Made by a program: the position numbers and the translations under genes. A stretch of DNA of 64,000 bases from Okamejei kenojei (Eukaryota). This document shows positions 9,940 through 22,009 of this stretch, piece after piece. Location of the stretch: the NCBI GenBank assembly GCA_035221665.1, contig CM069148.1, forward strand, positions 51,522,001 to 51,586,000, written 5' to 3'. The notes below the pieces were generated by a model, which did not search any database, was not told the origin of the DNA, and saw nothing but the letters and a program-made list of their open reading frames with translations. Within the stretch, counting starts at the first letter, position 1. Every line of letters begins with the position of its first letter.

Positions 9940-12713
9940 TTCCATTTACTTGCTGTCCAACAGCATTTGTGATCAACACTACCCGGACTGTCCTGGCCAT
10001 TGTAGCTGTTACTCAAAGAACATTTTATGTCCATTTTCATTTTAAAGAAAAGGCCATTTTAAAAGATAAATCTTGAGCCATTTATTGAGTGTGAGCTGGA
10101 TACCCTTAACTCAGTTGGACTAAATGGCCAATGTAGCTCATATTCTCTGCTGTTTTTGATAACTGGGACCTTTAGTGAATCTGAAAGAGTCTTAAGTGCT
10201 TATGACCACAGTAATGAATCAAAATGGCTCCAGAGTACTCAGTTAGCTTGAATTGTCATGTGTTGCAAGAAAATGCTGTTCACACAAAGTGGAGCAAAAG
10301 CCCATAATACGGTATTTGCTTTACATATGTATTATTCATGAGGAGAAACGTGGCTGGTGACTGTCCCCATAACAAACAAAAAGATTTAGCTCCATTTTGA
10401 TTGAAATTGATTGCTAGATGCAGCATGGAACAAGGCCCTTCGCCCACTGAGTCCACACTGACCCGTTCACTCTAGTTCTGTGTTATCCCACTTTCCCATC
10501 CACTGCCTATACACTAGGGAGCAATTTACAGAGAGCCATTTCACCTACAAACCCGCACGTTTTGGGGATGTGGGAAGAAACCAGAGCACCTGGAGAAAAC
10601 CCACGTGATCACATGGAGAACATGCAAACTCCACATGGACAGCAGCCGAGGTCAGGATCGAACCCGGGTCTCTGGCACTGTGAGGCAGCGGCTCTACGAG
10701 TTGCGTGGCTATATAATGGGGTGATCGCTGGTCGGCGCCGACGGGCCTGTTGCCGCCTGGTATCTTGAAAGTCTAAAATAATTAAAACAAAAAAAATTCT
10801 AATATATTGAAGCATTAAAATGTACTCATGCACGCTGAAAACAATGAGACTTTTACTCCACTGTTAAATCAATGATCTGCTGGCTGGCGTTATGAGACCC
10901 CTTCATCAGACGGTTGTGCTTCTCCAGCTTACATCAGGGTGGGTTTAGCAGGCACGTTTCTGTGCCCAAGAGTTGGGAAGTCAGAGGGAATGTGTGCTCT
11001 CTCTCTGGTCTCTGGGGGCAGTGCTGCCATCCTGGTGCCAAGTCCTTGCTGGCGCAGAAGACAGTGTCTCTGTCTGGACATGGCAGCCCAGGCCTTCTGC
11101 TCGGTTAGGTGCTTAACAAGCGTCTAATCCAAAAGTGACCTGCCAACGTTTAACTAGACAATCTGCTCCTAAGAGGGCGAACATGGAACGTAGAACACAC
11201 AACATGGAACAGTACAGCACAGCACAGCACAGGAACAGGCCCTTCGGCCCACAATGTCCGTGCTGAATATGATGCCGGGATAAACTAAGTTAATCTGACT
11301 GCAAGTTCAACTAATCTTATTTGCACAGCAAGTGGTAGGTTGCTGGAACATGCAGCCCAGGGTGGTGGTGGAGCCAGATATAAGAGGCGCTTAGATAGGT
11401 GCCTAGATATACAGGGAATGGAGGGGTATGGCTCATGTGCGGGCAGAGGCGATTAGTTTACTTGGCATATGTTGGGCACAGACATTGTGGGCCAGTGGTT
11501 GTGTTCCTGTGTTGTACTGTTCTTGGTTCTACATTCTTGCTTTATTTGGAACTTCCAAGTACTTACAGCATAGTAAAACATATGCTAATTAGGGCCTTGG
11601 TGCCGTGGCTAATAATTAGAAAGGCTGAACAAAATCCAACAAAGCAATATAAAACAGAATGAAAACTGGTTTCAATATTAGTGTCACGGATACACAGGGT
11701 GGTCAAGAAGGCTTTTGATGCATTGGCCTTCAACAGTCAGGGTACTGAGTGTAGAAGTTGGGATGTTAAATTATGGCTGGTCGGCGCACACTCAGTGAAC
11801 TGAAGATCCTGTTTCCACGCTGTATCTCTAATGTCTGAGCATCTGACATACGTTTAAGGTGAGGGGCAACATTGTCACACAGAGAGGGTGGTATGTATAC
11901 GGAATGAGCTGCCAGAGGAGCTAGATAAGGCAGGTACTATAACAGCATTTAACAGACATTTGGACAAATGGAATGGTTTAGTGGGATATGGGCCAAACAC
12001 AGGGACTAGGGTAGATGGGGCATCTTAGTCAGCCTGTCCAAGTTGGGCCGAAGGGCCTGTTTCCCCGCTGTATGACTCTATGACTATATTGGGGAAATGT
12101 TATTCACTTACCATGGCAAATGATTTTCATTGCATCAAATGCTATGCCTTGCAGTTTAATTGCCATTGTAAAGAGAGGATGTTGCATTTAAAATAATCTG
12201 GATTAAAATATGCTTTCCAGAGGATTTTGCTGTGGATGCTGATTAGTATTATGGGGGGGCAGTAGCTGGGAGTGTGCCCTGAGACACAGAGTTCAGTCAT
12301 CACCATATGTAGTTCAGTAGATTGTTCAAGCCTGCAGGATTTGCCAGTCATATTGGCTTAAAAACTGATGACTGAATTCTCTGGCTGATGCAGCACATAG
12401 TTCAGATGCTGCCTTTAAATCCATATGTTGTTATTTTTGCAAACTGTTTGCATTTTAACTAGGTTTAATGTAAAGCATTTATATTTTGGATAAACTAAAA
12501 CAAAAATCTGTTCTGATTGTCGAGAAATGGCAGAGAAGTGGATGCGTTTGCATAATTGTTAGATCTACTGATGATCAATCAAGTATAAAGGGGATAATCG
12601 GTTTTTACATTCTAATTATTGTTACCATGTATTGTTCAGTAGATTGCTCAGCAGGTTGGAGAATATTCGTGCTGATTTTGGTTCCATTTCACTCCACGCT
12701 CCAATATTTTTTG

Positions 12714-13010
12714 GTTTAGAGATACAGCATGGAAACATGCCCTTTGGCCCACTGAGTCAACACCAACCATCGATCACCCATTCACACTGCTTCCACATTA
12801 TCCCACTTTCTCATCCTATGCTCCCAGGGGCAATTTATAGAGAGCCGATTAACCTACAAACCCGCACGTCTTTGGGATGTGTGAGGAAACCGGAGCACCC
12901 GGAGGAAACCCACGCTGGAGAACGTGCAAACTCCACGCACAGACAGCACCCGAGGACAGGATCAAACCCGCTTCTCTGGTGCTGAGAGGCTGCGGCTAAC
13001 TGTGCCACTC
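12714..13010 (-). mobile_element. tRNA-derived SINE (HE1-like)
   Basis: tttagagatacagcatggaaaca..aacctacaaacccgcacgtctttggg..caggatcaaacccg. Confidence 0.85.
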
Positions 13011-14434
13011 TCTCCATTATAATTATTCTTAGCTCTGTCTATAATTAGATTTCAGTGTACTAGCATTTTAAAATTATTGACAAGGGCATATTTATCAATC
13101 TTAACCTCGTCGGTGAAAAAGATTTCAGTTCTGATGAATCGAATGCAGTACTTCCAGTTGAAACGAGGACAATCATGGGGAAATTACAGCGGGGACAGAG
13201 GTATGCCCCAGTCTGACATCATGTTGGCTCCTTTGCAATCATGCTGTGGTTTTCTTGGCTCTCAGATGTGAAGGCTCCCTGACACAGCAAATCCTGCCAG
13301 ATCTGCTCAGGGAGCTGATGAGACCAAAGTCCACAGTTGTAAGGAGTGCACGATTCAATCAGTGCACATGCGTTTCTAGAGGGTTAAATGCAGAATGAAT
13401 TCAATATGTTTCCACAAGATACACGGTTTTTGTTCCATTTTTGTTCAAGCTTAGAGGCGGCATAGTGGTGCAGAGGTAGAAATCCGGGTTCAATCCTGAC
13501 CTCGGGTGCTGTCTGTGTGGAGTTTGCACGTTCTGCCCGTGACTGCGTGGGTTATTTGTAGGTTAATCGGCCCTCTGTAAATTGCCCCTGGTGTGCAGGG
13601 AGCAGTTGTGAAAATGGGAGAGCAGGACTGGTGTGAACGGGTGATTGATGGTCACCGTGTGGACTCGGGGGGTCGGACGGACTGCTTCCATGCTGTATCA
13701 CAAAATTAAAAAAAACAAATTGAAATAATTCACCCAAATAAACCAAGTAGATATATGGGGACTAGTGGAATCAATGGATATGGGGAGAAGGCAGGGTTAT
13801 TGATTGTGGATGATCAGCCATTATCACAATGAATGGCGGTGCTGGCTCAAGGGCCAAATGGCCTTCTCCTGCATCTATTTTCTACGTTTCTATGTTTCTA
13901 TGATAAAATATAGACTGTAATAAATATGGTGGCAAAGTCTTTAAACTTCTGCCTGTAGCATTCTTAAGTTAAATGGTGTTTCACTCCGAACACAAAAAAT
14001 GTTCTGAAAACAGAATTAGCTTGACCGCTTCAACACATAATTCATATGTGGTTCTAAGTTTGACAAGCGTTGCATTTAACATCATCCATTTTCAAGGTGA
14101 CCTGCCCCCTTAAGAGAAACCCTTTGAAATCTACATCTTTATTAGACCTTGGTTCTAACCCATGGAACTGTGGTTGAGAAATCATACACCACAGATGAGC
14201 CTTTCAGCCCACAATTTAAAAAAGTCTGATGGTATAAATAGAACAAATGGGTGCCAGCTGTGCACGATGCAGTGGCAGTGGTGAACATGCCCAAAGCAAC
14301 CAGCCGACAGTCACAGCGTGTGTAGAAGCTACAACTGTTGCACTTCTATAAGACGTTGGTGAAACCGCAGTTAGAGTATTGGGTTCAGTTTTTGCCACCA
14401 TGTTATAGTAAAGATGTACTATAAAAAAGTATAG

Positions 14435-14737
14435 TCAAGATGCAGCACAGAAACAGGCCCTTCGGCCCACCGAGTCCGTGCCGACCAGCAATCCCCGCAC
14501 ATTATCACTATCCTACACCCACTTGGGACAATTTTTACATTTACCAAGCCAATTAACCTACAAACCTGTACGTCTTTGGAATGTGGAAGGAAACCGAAGA
14601 TCTCGAAGAAAACCAACGCAGGTCACGGGGAGAACGTACAAACTCCGTACAGACAGCACCCGTAATCGGGATCGAACCCGGGTCTCCGGCGCTGCATTCG
14701 CAGTAAGGTAGCAACTCTGCCGCTGCGCCACCGTGAC
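14435..14737 (-). mobile_element. tRNA-derived SINE (HE1-like), CpG-rich copy inserted in a CR1 fragment
   Basis: Intact GGATCGAACCC (reverse B-box). CR1 sequence stops near 14418 and resumes near 14741. Confidence 0.9.
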
Positions 14738-14740
14738 TGC

Positions 14741-15260
14741 TGAAAGACGTGTTGTCAAGCTGGAAATGGTGCAGAGACAATTTACAAGGATGTTGCCAGG
14801 ACTCCAGGGTGTGAGCTACAGCGAGAAGTTGAGCAGGCTGGGTCTCTATTCCATGGAGCGCAGGAGGATTGGGGGTGATCGTATAGAGGTGCCCAAAATC
14901 ATGAGAGGAATAGATTGGGTAGACGCACAGAGTCTCTTGCCCAGAATAAGGGAATCGGGAACCAAAGGATATAGGTTCAAGGTGAAGGGGGAAAGGTTTA
15001 ATAGAACGTGAGGAGTAACTTTTTCATGCAAAGGGTGGTAGGTGTATGGAATGAGCTACCAGAGAAGGTAGTTGAGGCAGGAACAATTGTAATGTTTCAG
15101 AAACATTTAGATAGGTACATAGATAGGACAGGTTTAGAGGGATATGGGCCAAATAGTGTAAATGGGACATGTTGTATGGGAATAGTGTAAATGGGACAGG
15201 TTGGCCAGTGTGGGCAGTTGGGCCGAAGGGCCTGTCTCCACGCTGTAAGACGTCTATGAC
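14741..15260 (+). mobile_element. CR1-type LINE 3' end
   Basis: ORFs LEMVQRQFTRMLPGLQGVSYSEKLSRLGLYSMERRRIGGD and FFMQRVVGVWNELPEKVVEAG. Confidence 0.9.
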
Positions 15261-15390
15261 GCGAAAGGAACTGCAGATGCTGGTTAATACTGAAGATAAA
15301 CACAAAGTGCTGGAGTAACTCCATGGGTCTGGCAACATCTCTGGAAAAAAAAGGAATGGTGATATTTTGGGTCAGTACCTTTCTTCAGAC

Positions 15391-15664
15391 CCTCCTCCTA
15401 CTTGACAAGACCTCACAGCCACCTCCTCCTACTTGCCCCTGGACCATGGCCCCACAGATGAGCACCAGGCCATTATCTCTGAGACTATCTGTGATGTTTC
15501 TGCCCTCCACCGCCTACAACCTTATTGTTCCCCAGCCCCGCACCATCTACCTTCTCCCCAAAATCCATGAATAGAACTGCCTTGGCAAACCCATTGTTTC
15601 TGCCTGCTCCCGCCCCACTGAAATCATTTCCATGTACCTCGATTCCATCCTATCCCCCCTGGTG
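15391..15664 (+). pseudogene. Penelope-like reverse transcriptase N-terminal fragment
   Basis: Reads YNLIVPQPRTIYLLPKIHE*NCLGKPIVSACSRPTEIISMYLDSILSPLV (PLE YxLPKIHK..GRPIVS motif, with a stop). Abuts an inverted terminal repeat at 15266-15390. Confidence 0.85.
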
Positions 15665-17066
15665 TGTAGGGAGTAGATGAGAAAGTGGGATGGACTGTGT
15701 GATGGGCTGGGCTGCACCCACAGCTCTCTGCAATTTCTTGCAGTCTTTGGCAGAATTGTTCCCAAACCAAGCTGTGATACAACCCAACAGTATGGTTTCT
15801 ATTGCCGTTGAAAGGTCATCGACAGAGAAATGTTAATACTATTTCTCTTTCCATAGATGCTGCCTGACCTGCTGAGTATTTTGATCTGTTTTTGAATGGA
15901 AATTTCCGATTTCCATCATCAGCAGTGATCTAGCAATTTCCAGAGGACGTTTACAATTAGAAATTATCCTGGAGCCTCACTGATGTATGCGTGCTCTTGT
16001 CCATACATAACGTGCAACCCGTAAGTTCATTGGTGATAGGAACACAATTAGGCCATTCAGCCCAAGTCTACTCCGCCATTCAATTATGGGTGATCTATCC
16101 CTCCCTCTCCTGCCTTCTCCCCATAACCCCTGACACCCGTACTAATCAAGTATCTGTCATTCTCTGCCTTAGAAATATCCATTGACTTGGCCTCCACAGC
16201 CTTTTGTGGCAATGAATTCCACAGATTCACCACTCTCTGACTAAAGAAATTCGATGGATGACATTCTGAGTTTTAAAAATGGCATCAGATGTTCTGTGAA
16301 CAAATATATGAGATAGAAAGTCACCAGATTGGATGAATTCAACTAACTATTAAACCTGTACATCAAACGGAAATGTACCTGTAGCAAAGCGCAGGTACAC
16401 TTAATTGATACACTTACTGCCTATTGTGAAACCAAGAAGTCCCAGTTTGGATCTTGTCTCTGTTGCCTTTCCTGGATCTTAGTCAACTTATTTTTTCGGC
16501 ATTATAGTTGTCTCAACATTGGTAAGGTGCAAAACATTTCCAGCATACATTGAGCAAAGGGACTCAACCCCAAACGTTGCCTATCCATGTTCCCCAGAGA
16601 GAGATACAGTGTGGAAATACTTAGTTCTTGCCCGCAAGCAATCACCCGTATACTAGTTCTATCATGTTGAATAGCAGAATAGACTCAATGGGCCAAATGT
16701 CCTAATTCTACTCCAATGACTTATGGACATATGAACATATGACCACGCTGTTATAGTCATTTACTCAATAATGTATGTTGTTCTACTGGAACATATCCTT
16801 CTCTCTGCATTTATACCACTGTAAGGCATCTGCTAGGAGTGCTGATAAACTCTAACCATGAAACCAGTAATAGGACACTAGGCTAAACAAGGGAACATAC
16901 ATTAGGGTGTAGATTAGTATGGGTGTCAGTGGTTATGGGGAGAAGGCAGGAGAATGGGGTTGAAAGGGAAAGAGAGATAGACCAGTCATGATTGAATGGG
17001 CTTGATGGGCTGTGTGGTCTAACTCTGGTCCCATAACATGAATTTATAGGGCCCTTCTTCCGACTA

Positions 17067-17374
17067 AAGGACCTGTCCCACTATACGAGTTTACCCAAGA
17101 GCTCTCCCGAGTTAAAAAAAAATCAAACTCGTGGTAAGTACGTAGAATGTACGTAGCGGGTAAATCGGAGCGCGGGACGTCTCTTAGCGGCTCCTAACGC
17201 TAACGGCAGGTACTCGGGAAACGCGGTAAGCTCGTGAAGTTTTATCAACATGTTGAGAAATGTCCACGAGAGCCCCGAGTACTTATGAGCGGCTATTACC
17301 GTAATTCTCCGAGCTCGAATCAGGGGAAACTCGGGAGAACTCTTGAATTAGCTAGTACAATGGGGCAGGCCCTT
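17067..17374. mobile_element. MITE with about 47-bp imperfect TIRs, TA-flanked
   Basis: Left AAGGACCTGTCCCACTATACGAGTTTACCCAAGAGCTCTCCCGAGTT; right end reverse complement AAGGGCCTGCCCCATTGTACTAGCTAATTCAAGAGTTCTCCCGAGTT; TA at 17065-66 and 17375-76. Confidence 0.9.
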
Positions 17375-18627
17375 TAGGTGTTTCATATATTTTCCTGAGT
17401 TGCTGCCTACTTCACTGAGTTACTCCAGCACTGTGTGTGTCTTCTTTTTAGCTCCAGGGAGAGATTGGACAGACTTGATTTATTCTCTCTGAAATATTAG
17501 AGTTGAGGGGAGACCTGAGAGAAGAAAATTAATGTGTGAGTGGTATAGATAGGGTGGACAGTCACAAACGTCTTCTCAGGATGGAAATGTCAAGGATTAG
17601 AGGGCGTAGCATTACGGTAAGGGGGCAAAGTTTAAAGGAGATGTGCGTGGCAAGTTTTTCACATGGATAGTAGTGGGTGCCTGGAACATAGGGCACTGCA
17701 TAGTAGAGCACAAGAACTGGCCCTTTAGGCTCACAATGTCCATGCCGACCAAGATGCCAGGACCAAGGGTATTGTGGGGGTGGAGGGAGATGGATCATGT
17801 GAGGAGATTAGTTTAACCTGGTGTCATGTTCTGCAAAGACATTGTGGGCCCAATAGCCTGTCCCGAGGCTGCGTTGTTCTACATACTAATAGATAAAGGA
17901 ACAACAGCCTCTTAGGAGAAAGTAGATGTGTAATAAATGCAGCCTTGACAGATTGCTTACTTTCTGAGAATTAAAAAAAAAACAGTTGTTGAAGTAGTAA
18001 ATTTATGGGTGGTAGCTTAGGTTAAATTGAGTGCAATGCTCTTGAATAAATTAGAAAAACACAATACTTGCCTGGTATTATTTTAGCAGATATTGATCTG
18101 ATTGGCAGGGTGCAGGGAGCGTATTGATCAGGGCAAGATGAATCCTACTCCATGTCTTCTAATATATCTCTCACATTCCTCGACAAGACGCAGCTGAACA
18201 AAATGCTTCTCACATTTAATGTCCAGCTGCACTTTCCCCTGAGCTTTGCTCCCTCGTTCATCCAAAATTTCCTTCACATTTTCACTGCTCTGCCCATTCT
18301 CATAAAGTTTAAATTTGCAGTCTTAGAGGGTTTTTTTTCCTCATGGTTTTAAAACAAAGGAACTTCCTAACATTTTTCATAATTTCCTTCCAGATACAGC
18401 CCACCATTTTTTGAATCTTTCAATTTGTGTCATTTAATTGCAGTAGTTAATATACTTAATCTTCTGACCCTTTTTCTCCTTACGTATGATAATATCCTCT
18501 ATTTGTGGACCTTGGATCTTTGCCTGGATTTATCAGTATGTTTTTCTATAGAGAATTTTGATCATTTTTTATCTTTAAAGTATATTAACATATGTGAATG
18601 TGAAGTTCATTTATTCATTGGTAAAGC

Positions 18628-18870
18628 CACTGCCTCACAGCGCCAGTGACCCGGGTTCGATCCCGACTTTGGGTGTTGACTGTGCGGAGTTTGCATGTTC
18701 TCCCTGTGACCGAATGGGTTTCTTCCAGGTTTCCTCCCACATCCCAAAGACGTGCAGGTTTGTAGGTTAATTGGCCCTCTGTAAATTGTCCCTAATGTGT
18801 AGGGAGTGGATGCAAAAGTGGGATAACATAGTAGACTCGGTGAGCTGAAGGGCCCGTTTGCAGGCTGGGT
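18628..18870 (+). mobile_element. tRNA-derived SINE (HE1-like)
   Basis: gcctcacagcgccagtgacccgggttcgatcc head. Confidence 0.85.
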
Positions 18871-20190
18871 CGTTCAATCAATCAATCAGTCAATTCCAAT
18901 ACATAAATTATTCTAGCTATTTGCTTGAATTATACAGCATCATTCAACATCGCTTGGGTGAAACATAATCTAATTTTATAGACCTTTTACTTAGATTATC
19001 TGTTTAAAAAATAAAAACATTTTGATATCACATTGATAAAATATTACATTTCAGAGTTTTATGGCAGATGACAGACTTTATCTGGTTTATGACACTGCAT
19101 GGGTTTCAAAGTTATTGAATCCAATATGAAGGTGTAAATTGCACACCAGATCATAAACAGCTAAGATCCAGAAAGTAGAAGCAAGGAATGGCAGATGCTG
19201 GTTTATACCAAAGATAGACACAAAGTTCTGGAGTATCTCAGCAGATCAGGAAATAGCAGTTGCGGAAAAAAGGGATGGGTGACTTTTTGGGTCGGACCCC
19301 TTCTTCAGACGAACTGGAGTCTTGAGCGAAACACAAAGTGCAGGAGGGACTCAGCGGGTCAGGCAGCATCTGTAGAGAGAATGGACAGACGATATTTCAG
19401 CTCTTCACTTCTACAGTTTCAGATTCTTCAGATTCAGCGTAAATGTTTTGACTTTAATAATAGCTCAAGCACGTTGGAAAGTTCATTTAGTGAATGTTTC
19501 AATTTAGCGTGTAAAATTCTCTGGAGTGCAGGAAATATTTGCATTTATATAATAACATTTTCACTCAGATGGTGGTGGGTATTTGGAACAACATTTAAAA
19601 GACACTTGGATGGGTATGGATAGGAAAGGTTGAGAGGTGTATGGGCCAAATGCAGGCAAATGGGACGTCTTGGTCGCCACTGGGCTGAAAGGTCTGTTTC
19701 CGTGCTGTATAACTCTGACATCACACCCTATTGAAACACCTCCAAGCTTACACTCAACCATGTTGTAAAGCAATAAGAATAGTTGTCCAATGCATTAGTC
19801 CTTTGATGGAGTTTCACATTCGAGTGGAATACCACCAACGTACGATATCAGAAATAACATACATGTTGTTACTCAAGGATTTCTCTTGAGAACAATGAAG
19901 AGGAATAAATGGGCCCAACCAAACAGGCAAAGAAAATGTAATGTTCCTTTTATTTAACAATAGATCCAGGTGTCTAGATGAAATAATCGATATTATTGCA
20001 ATTAAGACAAAGACACAAGGGACTGCAGATGGTGGACTCTTGATGAAAAGACAGAGTTGGAGGAACTCAGCGTGTTAGGCAGCATCTGGGGAGGGAATGA
20101 GCAGTTGAAGTTTTGGGTCGGGACCCTTCTTCGCAATGAGTGGGGTCCCGACTCAAAACATCACCTATCCATGCTCTCCAGAGATGCTGC

Positions 20191-20566
20191 GTAAGTTCAT
20201 AGGTCATAGGAGCAGAATTAAGCCATTCGGCCCATCGAAATACTCTGCCATTCAACCATGGCTGATCTATCTTTCCCTCTCAAGCCCATTCTCCTGCCTT
20301 CTCCCCATAATCTTTGACACCCATGCTAATCAAAAATCTGTCGATCTCCCCTTCTTCTTCCTTGCGTATGGCGTGCACAGCCTAAAGTTGTAGGACAACT
20401 TGTTCTATTTGATCTTATTTGATTGTGCACGCCAGGTTGATTGCATTCGTCGAAACAACACAGACCACATGAAGGTTGCAATCTCCCACCCCGATCTCCC
20501 CTTGAGAAGTACCCACAGACTTGGTCTCCAATATCGCGTGTGACAATGGATTCCACAGATTCACCA
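20191..20566 (-). mobile_element. CR1-type 3' tail, inserted in a PLE palindrome and itself interrupted
   Basis: ataggagcagaattaagccattcggccc..ttctcctgccttctccccata..ttccacagattcacca. The host PLE repeat breaks at gagatgctgc (20190) and resumes near 20570. Confidence 0.8.
20354..20491 (-). mobile_element. 138-bp short retroposon with (AAG)n tail and 12-bp TSD
   Basis: CGATCTCCCCTT at 20342-20353 and 20492-20503. Minus strand ends GCCATACGCAAGGAAGAAG(AAG). Confidence 0.85.
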
Positions 20567-21446
20567 GCCGCTGCCAGATCCGCTGAGTTACTACAGCACT
20601 TTGTGTCCTTTTTGTTTCACAAGTGCTCTGCCTTTGCCCAGAGTGTGATGATTCCCTCCACAATTGCCCTTCTGTACAGGACCACAGTTACCCTCAGTAC
20701 GGAACTGCCTGTAATATATGCAGCTCTGCTCTCCTCCACAAATCAAAATAAGAATGGCTGCAATAAAAACCCATGTGAGGTTTTGCCTGAGCTCTCTCCG
20801 CTGTCAAAGCTGCTGCTCCCTGGAGCAATTCAAGTTGATTTAACATCACTCAGTTTCATTTTTCTCTCTTGTTTAATAATGTGCGGTTCACTCTGTCCAG
20901 CTTTGATTTAGACAACGTGCTTCTCTTGAAAGGGCCGATTCATTTGATCAGCGGCTTTGCCAGTGCTTTCCCCCATTGTGTGAAAAGAGGAGAGGAGTGC
21001 GCAATGTCCCGCCTGTCACTTTTGTCTGAATAGGTAATGTCGTCTTGTTCAGCTGAAGAGGCAGGGGCCCGAATCACTTGTTAAACCGTACGATCAAAAG
21101 TCACTCTCCTGCCTTCTCCCAATCAATCCTCTCCCTGCCCTGCTAGGCAGACATGAAATAGATTTTCCTTCTTCTGGTGAAAGCACTGAAGCATCTCGAC
21201 ATATGAAATGTTAACAAAATTCATAAGACACATTCCTTTGCGAGATGATTTGTTTAGCACCGTGCCATTTTGGTCCATGAGCTCGTACCGACTGCTTGCA
21301 GCAGTAATCGGCCTTTTGTAGAAGTTGGGGATTGTTCAGTTTTGCATTCATTTAGAACATAAAACACCTCTACCCCATTGCGGACATTGGACTTTGTCTC
21401 TAGAACTGATGCGCTACAATTGCTGTGAACTATATTCTGCACTCTT

Positions 21447-21748
21447 TAGTTTAGAGATACAAAGTGGAAACAGGCCCCTCAGCCCACCGGGTCCACAGCG
21501 ACCAGCGGATCCCCGCACATTAACACTATCCTACATGCACTTGGGTCAATTTTACATGTACACCAAGCCAATTAAGCTACAATCTTGTACGTCTTTGGAG
21601 TGTAGGAGGAAATTAAATCTGTTAGAGAAAACCCACGCAGGGCACGGGGAGGATGTACAAACTCCATAGAAACTGCACCCGTCGTCAGGATCGAACCCAG
21701 GTCTGTGGTGCTGTAAGGCAGCAACTCTACCGCTGCGCCACCGTGCCG
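21447..21748 (-). mobile_element. tRNA-derived SINE (HE1-like)
   Basis: tttagtttagagatac..caggatcgaaccc..ctctaccgctgcgccaccgtgcc. Confidence 0.88.
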
Positions 21749-22009
21749 CTCTGTTTGCTTCCCCTTTGCTCCACCTATTGTTCCACTTATCTTGATGCAC
21801 AGTCTTATCTGAACTGCTGGGACAGCACGTAAAACAGATCTTCACTGTACCTTGATAGACGTTACACCAATAAACTTAAACCAAAAGCTATCTATACCTA
21901 ACAAAGAAGGTCAAGGATATTAAATTAAGTACCAAGGTTGGTGGCAGGGCAGAGCACTGGGGAGTTCACGTTTAATCTTTCAAACCAATTCAATTCAATC
22001 AATTAGCTT

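Noticed and set aside
15152-15198. Duplicated aatagtgtaaatgggaca
   Set aside because: A trivial local duplication within a CR1 tail.
20354-20491. HDV-like ribozyme in the AAG-tailed element
   Set aside because: A P1-like stem (GATTGCA/TGCAATC) exists, but I could not find the P1.1 GG or a P2/P4 arrangement by eye.
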